The notes below the pieces were generated by a model. The model did not search any database. It was not told the origin of the DNA and saw only the letters and a list, made by a program, of their open reading frames with translations. A stretch of 64,000 nt of DNA from Caecitellus pseudoparvulus. Its lineage: Eukaryota > Protista > Bigyra: Bicosoecida. The stretch's first letter is position 1. Every line of letters begins with the position of its first letter. The stretch lies in NCBI GenBank assembly GCA_965644315.1, contig CBFFRQ010000062.1, forward strand, positions 1-64,000. Direction: 5' to 3'. Both the position numbers and the translations under genes were made by a program. Below are positions 1 to 9,298 of the stretch, in pieces.

Positions 1-135
1 CCCACCACACCAGGATGCCTCAAGTACAGTGCTGCCATGCAGGGCTGGCCAGCTTCAGCCCCAAACGCTCACTGGCCTAGCAAGCATGTGCAGGCTCAAC
101 CTGCGCTTGCTTCCAGTTCACTGCAGCCAAGAAGC

Positions 136-3100
136 CTACAAGAACCTGTACCAGTTCTTCCGTGACACCGCCGTAACGTATCGCATGCACAAGAATCGGA
201 ACGCAAGCCAGAACTCCCGGTACGCCTTGAGCTTGTCCATGGCCCGTTTGAGCAGGCGCGGGGAGGTGGTGGAGGCGAGCAGGGTTTCGGAGTGTTCTTT
301 GCCGTGGATGAGGACGTTAATGACCACTCCCATGCCCCCCCAGAAGCCCACACACCGACTGAGAAGCTCGTCCACGGCTTTCAGGGCACCCAAGGCCCTG
401 AAGAGGGCGTCTGCTTCTTCGGGAGACAGGTGCAAGTTCGGCAGGCCACCTGCAGCGCCTGGCTGATGGTGAACGAGGGCGTTCTCTGGAGACCAGGGCT
501 GGGCAGTGGCACCCCGCGCCCATGATGGCCGCTCCGTCGACTCGTAGGCCTTGGCTTGCGGCTGTGCTGCCGGTCCTCGATCTGCCTCGCTCGTGTGCAC
601 GCTGACAGTGGAGTCTTGGCGCACGCTGCTCAGGTCGATGGGCACACCCGATGCGAAGAGCGCAGCAGTGTCGGCGGAGGAGGCAGTGCCAGAGCGGTTC
701 AAGCGCAGGGCCTCTGGTGTCCCAACATCTTTGCGCGCGGCCAGCAGGGGGGAAATGTCCGGCGTGCCCGCTGACTGCGCCGGCGCAGAGGTTGCTGGCA
801 CGTATCCTGCTGCCAGAGGGGATGGGAGGTCAACCAGGGGTGGTGAGGAGGAGCCAAAATCGGGCTCCCCTGCACTGCCTTGCGTTTGCCCCGTTGATCG
901 TGTGTTGCCGGTGTGCTGGCGAGCAATGCCAGGGGAGAGCCCTCCACCTGCCAACGCTCCAGGGCCAAGTGCTACGCCTGTACCTGCGGAATCTGGCTCC
1001 ACGCCCGTGCCGCCACTCGTGTGGACACCTGCGTCTGTGCCTGCGCCAAGCCCAGTTCCAGGCCCTGCGGGCACAGCGGGGGCAGAGGGGGGCGCAAATG
1101 CAGACTTGCCGGCCATCGCGCCTAGCAGTGTGCCTGGCGGGCCCTGCACGTCGCTTTGCGCAGTTTGTGCAGCAGAAGACCAGCCAAAGCCCCGGCTCGC
1201 GTCCATGGGCTTTGGTGACGGCATGGGCAGGGGGGCTGTCTTGGCCTGATTCAGTTGGCCCGCCCATGCCCTGCAGGATGTTGCGGGCCCTGCGCAGTTC
1301 GTCCGGGCCAGGGGAAGGCTTCGCCTGCCCGGACAGCAGCGCTGCCAACGCGTCGGCGTTTGTCGCGACATCCACGGGGTTGTACAGCATGCCGACGCGG
1401 TCATCAGTGCTGAAAACTGAGCCCGATGGTGAGCCGTCCCCTGTGCCGGCAAGGGCGGTGCCAGGTGAGTGGGGCGCAGCGTGACGAGCTTACAGCATGA
1501 GGGAGGTGGAGGGGCGTCCATCTGCAAGGGCTCTGCGGTTGCCGCTTGCCGACAGGCGCCTGCCAGCGGCATCTGTGGCTGAGTCCCGCACTGCTCGAGC
1601 ACTCTCCAGGGACATCTGCACATCCATGACTATCTGCGAGTAGCCTTCTTGGATGCCGATGCTCTCGGTGCGCAGGCGCTGCACCCACTGCTGCAGTCGG
1701 GAGAACAACGCCTTGGTCCCGGGTAAGTCTCGGTCTTCCACGGCAACGTTGAGGTCGTCGAGGACCTGCAGCACGCTGCCGGCTTTGTCCTTGAAACCGG
1801 TGATGATGTTAGTCACCTTGACTTGCAGGGTGCGGCACTCCACGGCGTGGTGCCGCACGGCGCCCGATGCGGCCGGCATGCGGCGCAGGCTGGCATGGGC
1901 CTCTGCAAAGTGCAGCGCGATGCTGCGCTGCAGGGCGAACAAGGCATCCAGGTCCATGCTCTTGCTGACAGTGAGCAGCATGGGAATGGACACACCTGCC
2001 ATGCCCGCTGGGCCGGCCGGCACCAGTGCCACGCCATCTGACGACACAGCGCCAGCCTGCCCTGGCACAGGCATGGTGGAAAACGTGTGCAGACCAGCCT
2101 GCGCCGTGCCCGTGCTGGGTGATGCGTCAGGTGGGGCTGTGCGCGCGCCTGCCACTGGCGCGCTGCTGCTGCCCTCCCCCTCTGCACTTGCATCCCCTCG
2201 CTTTGGCGGGTGGCCCGCCAACCAAGGGTGTGCCAGGCACTCCTGGACAGACCAGCGCTGCGCAGGGTCCACCGTCAGCATGTGGGAGATGATGTCCTGG
2301 GCGCCAGCGGAGATGTGAGTCCACACAGGTGGCGCAAAGCGGAAGGTGCCAGCCTTGATGCGTGCCTCCCATCCAGACGTGTCTCCTGGGTGTGCCGCGT
2401 CGTCAAAGGGCAGGTACCCGGCCAGCATGGCAAACAAGGTCACGCCTGCACTCCACACATCCACTTTAGTGCCGTACCGCCCAGCGCCTTCTCGCGCGAA
2501 GAGAATCTCAGGCGCCACGTACTGCGGCGACCCCACAAACGTGCTGGCTCCAGCACCGGCCAGCATGCGCGATGTGCCAAAGTCAGCGAGCTTCACGTTC
2601 AACATGGGCTCTGGGGCGCTGTGGAGGTTGCTGGGGGGGCGCTGGGTGGACCCGAACACCAAGATGTTTTCCGGCTTGATGTCCCGGTGCACCACTTCCC
2701 GCCGGTGCATGAAGGCCAGTGCGGAGAGCACCTGCCACACGACGTGGCGTGCCTGGGCTTCGGAGAAGTTGCCCGAGGCGAGAATGGAGTCGAACAACTC
2801 GCCGCCCTGCGCCAGCTCGGTGACGGAGAAGATGGCTTCTTCTTGCTGCGAGAAGTATACGTCATAGAGCGTGATGATGTGGGGGTGCCTCAGGGACGAC
2901 AGGATGCGCACTTCCTCCAGCAGTCGATCCGAGTCGAAGGATGCGCTGAGGCGGAAGCGGTGCGTGCCAATGCACTTGACCGCGCGCACGTCCCCCGTGG
3001 CCAGGTGCCGGCACGTGCGCACGACGGAGAAGGTGCCCCTGCCGATGCTCTCCAGCATCTCGTAGTCGTCCGTGAAAGGGCGGTCCCGCACCACTTCCAG

Positions 3101-3690
3101 GAGGGTGCTCTCCACGCCAATGGGGACCTCTCCGCCGCCACCGCCACTTGGCCTGGCGCTGGAAAAGCCATGTCCGCCACGACCACTGTGCCCTGAGAAG
3201 CTGCCCGCCACCCCAGTGCCTTGCAAAGCGGGTGACAAGGCTTCCTCCGACGTGGGTTCGCGGCGCACGCCAATGCGCAGGGAGGAAATGTCCGAGCGTG
3301 CACTGCCCACACTGCCGTGCGTGGAAAGACTGGGTCGTTTCGGCGTCGTTTCATGCTCTCCACGTGTGGACCCTGTCCGGCTGGCGGGGGACTTGGCATA
3401 CGGCGAATTACCCGTCACAGGCCACGTTATCTCACTTATCTCAGATTGGTGGGTGCCCTGCCTGATGCCACGCCCACTTGCAGGGGATGCCTGGGCATAC
3501 CCATCTGCCCTTCCACCTCCGCTTCCTTGCACACCACAAGCCGACGCAGCGGAGCTGCTCAAGCCATCTGAAGGACACCGCACGTCGTCAGAGTCGAGTG
3601 ACTTTACTCTGGGGGCAGGGGGGTGCAGGGGGGGCAGCGCTGGGCGCCGTCGCTCGCCCTCCTCCTCTTCCTCCTCGCCTCTCTGCGCTG
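136..3690 (-). CDS. CAMK-group (CaMK1/CHK2-like) Ser/Thr protein kinase with long helical C-terminal region; 5' end uncertain
   Basis: Kinase domain at about 3065-2220 shows IGRGTFSVV, AVK, ELAQGGELFD, HRDIKPEN, DFG, YVAPE, DVWSAG and HPWL. A probable intron 1494-1410 (GTAAG...TTTTCAG) restores the frame into 'TDDRVGMLYNP'. A second frame switch near 1230 is either a weak-donor intron (about 1219-1145) or a C6 homopolymer indel. No convincing start codon upstream of about 3690. Confidence 0.85.
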
Positions 3691-4050
3691 CACCTGCTCC
3701 CCCAAAGGCGACGAGCCCAGAGCAGCTGAATAAACAACACCGCCCTCTGTATCCAGGAACGGCGCCCAGGACAGGGCGACAGCACTGGTGGAGGGGGCGC
3801 AGAACATGCCGTCCATGAGCTGCCCATCCGTCACTGCCGCTGTGTGCCGTCAAACGTCGCCGCTGTCTCGTCTGGGGTGAAGGGAGTGTGTTCCGCGCCC
3901 ACCAGCGCTCGGTCCTCGCCATACGCGACGACTGTAATGTGGAACTCGGTCTCAGTCAGCAAGTCAAGGCTGCTGGCGCTGGCCTGTGTGGCAGTGCCCA
4001 TTGGCCTTAGCGAAAGCATGAATGCGCCGACTGGGTTGCAGATCAAGTTG
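3690..4050 (-). pseudogene. Fragment of a fibronectin-III-like repeat protein (frameshifted)
   Basis: Two overlapping frames read GTATQASASSLDLLTETEFHITVVAYG...FTPDET / VTDG..D..CAPSTSAVALSWAPFLDTEGGVVYSAALGSSPLGEQV. This resembles the recurring FN3-like module 'D.TPP..V.DG...W..F.D.ESGI..Y..IGT.PG..DV' of large surface proteins. Frameshift near 3835. Confidence 0.55.
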
Positions 4051-4454
4051 GCGAGGCACTTTAGACCCTTTAAGGAGACCATGCCTCATGTCCACAGAAT
4101 TTTGCCGAGTTCACATGCTTGACACAATTCAATGGAAACCTTTCAAGTCATCCTTCCCAAAGTATGCCTGTTGGTTGTGCTGCTCCCGGCAGAGAGCGCT
4201 GCACAGTGCGGGTGTGGCGTTTCGGTTTGCTTCACCACGACAATCCACGAGGCCCGCATATCTCAGTCTTTGGCTGCACTCCGCCGAATCTAGGGGACTT
4301 GAAGAAATGTAGCATGCGGATGATTTGATAATGATTTGAATTGTTTTGCAAGTGACTCATACCACGCGGCTAGCCTCGGTGTCCTGGCTGTCCTGTGCGT
4401 CGATGAAACTCCCTTCATCATCCAGCCGCAGAGTCGGTGTCCCTGCTCCAGCCC

Positions 4455-7316
4455 TCAGGGGCGTGCGCGCTTGGCACTCGGCGAGCTGAGACCATGTTGC
4501 CTTGTTCGCTTCTCCCGCTTGGCAAACTGCTCCTCTTCTTGCTGCATCATGCTGGCCACTCGCTCGACCTGGCCGACAGGGGCGTGAGCAGCGGAGGCGA
4601 TGCGGGACGCCGCTGTGTTGGGGCTGTACTTGGCAGTCTTGGCCTCTTGCGTCTCCCTCTCCTCCCTGAGCAGTCGGCGAATGTCCAGCTCAACCTCTGG
4701 CGTGACGGACGAGCTGGCCTTGTGGTACAGGGGCAGGCCAGAGGCCACGGCATCCTCAAACGTGGTCGGGGCAGGCGTATCCGGCCGGCTCTGCAAGGCT
4801 GCTGTCAAGGTACCTCGAGCAAAGCCACCCACATCACCAGTCAGTACAGAGCAAAACTCTAGAGTGGCTGCAACGTCTTGAGACTTGCTGTGTGTCTCTT
4901 CCTGGCGGCATTCTCCGCTTGCATACTCTGACAGCAGCTTGGAAGCAATGGCCTGATTCTTCTCCCGCCAGTACAGCGTGAGGTTCATGTCGGCGACATC
5001 CAGGCGAGTGGATGTGCCTGCTGACACCATGTGCCGCATGCCTGAGTGCAGGCTCTCATTGCCCCCGGTGGTGGTGGCGCCGTGCACCGCGTCACGCCCA
5101 TCCAGTAAGCCTTGGAGCCCCGCATCGTTCTGCAATGACGCCTTGACCTGATAGCGAGTGGCGGGGAAGGAGGACTTGGGGTCCAGGATGCCGCGTGTGA
5201 TGCGGCCTTGCACGGCAGTGCCTGCGCCACCTCTCGATTGGGGGGGCGCCCACACCTGGCGAAACAGACTTGCAGTTCGTTCCAGTGCCGCTGAGGCCTG
5301 CTTGTGAGTGCAGGGACCAATATGAAGAGGGAGGATGGGCACCCCGCCTGGGTGCAGCCCAGCCTGAGTTGGCGTGAAGTGATCTCCTTGGCACCGACGG
5401 AGCAGCATGCCTGCTGAAGTGGCACAGGCAGCAGCCAGAGCGAGGGGGACGTGCTTGCGAAGCCTTGCAGCAGCCCCAACTGCACGCCCTGGGCCATACG
5501 GGGCCCACCCATAGGCCGTGAGGAATTCTTGGACTTTTGTCTTTTGGGAGTCAGAAAGGGACTTGCGTTGCAAGATGCTGCGGGCGCAGTCGATGAAGGC
5601 CTGGATGTCGGCGGGCTCAGCAGAGTCCAAGGCGGCTCGTTGCCGAGCAATGGCATCCTCTGACAGGAGCAGTTTGGGGGACACCACGCCCGGTGCAGGC
5701 GTGTGGATCCACTCCACTGTGTCGAACCACAGCCTGATGAAGAGTGGGCCATCCTGGTGCATGGCTCGCTTGGGAATGGCCATGGCCACGCGGCTGGCGA
5801 AGTGCCACGGATCCACGGCGAACCACACCACGCCTTTCTTCAGCAGTGGGAAGTGCACGTCAATGACTGCCTGCAGGGCGTGCTGGTGGATCTGGAGGTT
5901 GTCCACTGTGATGACACTGGGGTGGGACGCCGCCGGTCCGCGCCCCCGCAAGTGCCCCTTCAGCTTGCACAGTACGAAGCCCCGGCCCCGGGCCAGATTT
6001 GCCCCGTTCTCGTAGGCCGTGAACATGGGAGGCTGCAGGATGAAGCCGTACCGGCCCACAGCCGTGGTTATGCAGGGAGCTACCCGCCACCGGGTTGTAC
6101 CTGTGGCCCGGATGGCCCGGCCTCCGCTGCCCGCACAGGCTTCCTCCTCTGCATCCTCGTCGCTGTCGCTGTCGTTGTCACTGCGTTCTTCCCCATCTAG
6201 CTCATCTTCGGGCTCTTCCTCGCCCAGTTAGTGCTGTGGGCTCACTGGTACAGTTGTGACCCTGCGCAGTGGCTGCGGGCCCCCGACGTGCACCCGGGCC
6301 GAGGATGCAAAGGTCTAGTCCACGCTGATGGTGTCAGCGAAGCGTGCGAGGGCCTTCAGGTGGCCCTCCAAATGCGGCTTGACAGCGGCGTGGGAGATGT
6401 GCAGGATGGCATCCCGCGGAGCATTGTCACTTTTGCTGGATCGCACCCTGCCCGCGACGTGCTTCCTGACTCGGCACACGGCTTCGGCCAGCGCATATTG
6501 CACCTCAGGGTGTTCACCAAAAGAGGCGTGCTTTCTGCACAGCGTCTCTTTCCAGGAGTCGACCTTGTCCTCGAAGGGCCGCATGAGGTCTCGCCAGAAG
6601 GCTGCCTGCACCTTGACCATGCCTTCGCGGCTGTGAACGACGGAGCACTCCCAAAGGCGAACGGTTCACACAATGTGCACAGTGAGACGTGTCAGAAGGT
6701 GGGGGCAATTCGAAATCAAGGACAATGAGAGCAGGCTGCGTGTGGGAGACTGCGCTGCAAGGGGGAAAGGCGACGCCATGCCGGGCTGCGCCATGGATGA
6801 GACTGCTGCTATGGGGCTGAAAGTGCTTGGAGTACGAAGAGTCACCCGAATGCGCTCGTATAAGACGTGAAGCCTGTGCCCTGGTTGCGATATTCCGGGC
6901 AGTGGTGTGTAGATGCATCTTTCCCTCGCCATTCCCCGACCGAGAAAGTGGCTTTCCTCTGGCGCGGCATGCGATCTTGCTTCTGGGGGCTTGGTCAGCA
7001 GTGCCCTGAGTCATAGGCATAGCCTGTCCATTCGCGCTTCTGGTGTATCCCTGTGCTCCATGCCTCCCTCGGCCTGGCCCATCCACGGCTTCGGACACAA
7101 GACCAAGCCGGACACACTCTCCGCCTTGGCACAACTCAAAACAAACCTCCCCATGGCGACAGAAACCAGGCCTGAAATGAGCACACGAGGGCATTTGATC
7201 GCTGTTGGTGAGAGCTTGTCCATGCGAGCACTGTGTCTGGAGGATGTGCGTGCCGCTCTGGCGTGTCCGATGCCGTTGCGATTTCCGCACGAGTAGACCT
7301 CCCGCATTCTGCGCAC
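4455..7316 (-). mobile_element. Degenerate DDE DNA-transposon transposase (Dada/DUF6729-like, DxxH class), pseudogenised
   Basis: ORFs 7011..7316, 6666..6932, 6315..6620 and 4455..6059 lie in one frame broken only by stops. Motifs in order: TISVD*TF (D1), TAVGRYGFILQPPMFTAYE, VITVDN (D2), FAVDPWHFASR (DxxH), TTTGGNESLHSGMRHMV (E). No terminal repeats found by eye. Confidence 0.65.
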
Positions 7317-7467
7317 ATCCGCAGATACAGCGGTTGTATTTGCATTTCCAAGGGCTTGACATTATTATATTTCCATAACTATCTCTGTTGCACGCTTGTT
7401 GCTGCTCCGCGCGGCATCACGGACCATCACTTACACGAGCCTGCCTCATCCTGCGGCTCCAACGTCA

Positions 7468-8664
7468 ATGTCGGTCGCAAGCATTCTGGCGTCACTCACT
7501 ATGGCAGTTATTGATGACCCAGCCTCCCTCAAGACCCATTGGAAAGCCGCTTGCGAAGAAGAGGATGCAGATCAGCTGTGTCGCATGCTGCAGCAAGCTA
7601 GCGGCCGGTTTACCTCTGTGGCTGAGGCGCTGACGAGCTCAGACACAACAGCTGGGTTTCGGGTTGCTTGTGAGAAAGGCCATATGAATTTGATGCGGGA
7701 GCTGCTTGTTCTAGAAGGTGGCCTTCTGGTAGATGTGCACGGGGCGGATGGGGATGGGCCAGAGGCTGCCTTTAGGTTGGCATGCGCCAATGGTCGTACA
7801 GACATCGTGTATGAGCTGTTGGGTCTGACTGGAGCGAGGGCAGTGGATGTGCACGCGGCAGATGAGAGAGGACCTGAGGCCGCCTTCCGAGAGGCCTGTA
7901 CAGAAGGCAACCCAGACATCGTGCGCATGCTGCTGGCTCTGACTGGTGCACGGGAAGTGGATGTGCATGCGGCAGCATGGGGTGTATCTGAGGCTGCCTT
8001 CCGATACGCATGCACTGAAGGCCACACAGGTATCGTGCATGAGCTTTTGAGTCTTGCTGGAGCACGGGAAGTGGATGTGCACGCAGCGGACGAGGATGGA
8101 CCTGAGGGCGCTTTCAGATGGGCATGCGCCAATGGCAACACAGACATCGTGCATATGCTGCTGGGCCTGACCGGCGCGCGGGAAGTGGATGTGCACGCGG
8201 GATCTTGGGATGGACCTGAGGCTGCTTTCCGGGAGGCGTGTCGGTGGGGCCACACGCGCGTGGTACGTGAGCTGCTGGCCCTCACTGGTGCACGGGAAGT
8301 GGATGTGCATGTGGCAGCCAGGGGTGGAGATGAGGACGCCTTCCAAGGGGCATGCGCGAATGGCCACACAGCCATCGTCTGTGAGCTGTTGGCCCTCACT
8401 GGGGCGCGGGAAGTGGATGTGCATGCAGCGGACAGGGATGGGCCTGAGGCAGTCTTCCGGAAGGCATGTAGGGGTGGCCACACAGACATTGTGCGTGAGC
8501 TGCTGGGTCTGACTGGCCACCGAGCCATTCCAGCTCAAGTCTGGCTTCAAGAAGGGGAGTCTGCCAGACAAGCGGCGCGAGATGCAGTGTGGGCTGGAAC
8601 CAGCACTCGGACTGGGCGGCGTGCGATGCTCTTGCTAAGATCTCGTGGCTCCAGGCGAGCGTGA
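7468..8664 (+). CDS. Ankyrin-repeat protein with about 8 tandem 38-aa units
   Basis: Unit consensus EAAFRxACxxGHTDIVRELLxLTGAREVDVHAADxDGP; intronless ORF; first ATG at 7468. Confidence 0.9.
   Translation: MSVASILASLTMAVIDDPASLKTHWKAACEEEDADQLCRMLQQASGRFTSVAEALTSSDTTAGFRVACEKGHMNLMRELLVLEGGLLVDVHGADGDGPEAAFRLACANGRTDIVYELLGLTGARAVDVHAADERGPEAAFREACTEGNPDIVRMLLALTGAREVDVHAAAWGVSEAAFRYACTEGHTGIVHELLSLAGAREVDVHAADEDGPEGAFRWACANGNTDIVHMLLGLTGAREVDVHAGSWDGPEAAFREACRWGHTRVVRELLALTGAREVDVHVAARGGDEDAFQGACANGHTAIVCELLALTGAREVDVHAADRDGPEAVFRKACRGGHTDIVRELLGLTGHRAIPAQVWLQEGESARQAARDAVWAGTSTRTGRRAMLLLRSRGSRRA
7730..8520 (+). repeat. 114-bp coding tandem repeat (ankyrin units)
   Basis: The GTGGATGTGCA anchor recurs at 7843, 7957, 8071, 8185, 8299 and 8413, an exact 114-bp period. 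Confidence 0.95.
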
Positions 8665-9298
8665 TAAACCTGCTCCACTGCGGTGACAAGCGTTGCCCTT
8701 CCGAGTACAGCACTGGTCGTCCCCCAAATACACACCTTGTTTCAAACACGACTCCTTGGGAGGGCTTCTTCATCGCACTCTTGGGCTGCCGTGTTGACCA
8801 AGGCGCCAAATTAATCGACTCCCTGGTCACTTCTCAGCTCTGCTTCACACAGCAATTTTCTAACTCCAGCAACTATTGATCCACCCACCTGTGCCATACC
8901 TTCTCGCAAACTTCGTCCGCTCCCACATCACGTGTTGAGGCTAGCAGAGCGCAGCAGTGCTCCTAGACAACAGGAAAACGTACCTTGCGCACATTGAGAA
9001 GGGGGCTAGGAGCCTGCCGTTGCTTGCGCACGCAAGGGTGCGGCGCGGCGTGCGTCACTTAGCAAGCTGAAATCCCGCCAGCGAGCGCTGCCAAGGCACA
9101 GCACTCGACCCCCGCATCTGCCTCGAGAAGCTGCTGCACGTAGGTACTTCAGCTTCTTGTCCGCTAACCGCAGTGCACAGCGTAGGTGTGCATCGGCTAC
9201 TTGCTGCGCTGCCGTTTGGGGTCTATTTCCGCATTGACAATTCCAACTACGCCCTGCCCGTGTGCAGGCGTACCAGCACTGTGCATCAAGCCGCAAGG

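Noticed and set aside
1225-1240. Programmed frameshift in the kinase gene
   Set aside because: More simply explained by a homopolymer sequencing indel or a short intron; no slippery heptamer or stimulatory structure is evident.
4300-4330. Faint resemblance to U6 snRNA (GAAGAAATGTAGCATG...GGATGA), a possible Dada target
   Set aside because: No ACAGAGA box and too many mismatches. No tRNA cloverleaf or B-box was found in either flank.
6228-7013. In-frame stops as evidence of an alternative genetic code or selenocysteine
   Set aside because: TAA (VDAC), TAG (aminopeptidase) and TGA (SDA1, DIM1) all end conserved genes at the expected positions, and internal stops are confined to the transposase.
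4056-7360. Terminal inverted repeats for the transposon (CCCTT at about 4066 versus AAGGG at about 7350; also TCAAGCCC near 12244)
   Set aside because: Matches are only 5-9 bp with no target-site duplication, so they are indistinguishable from chance.
7730-8520. Regular repeats as a CRISPR array
   Set aside because: The units are in-frame coding repeats similar along their whole length, with no unique spacers or cas genes, in a eukaryotic context.
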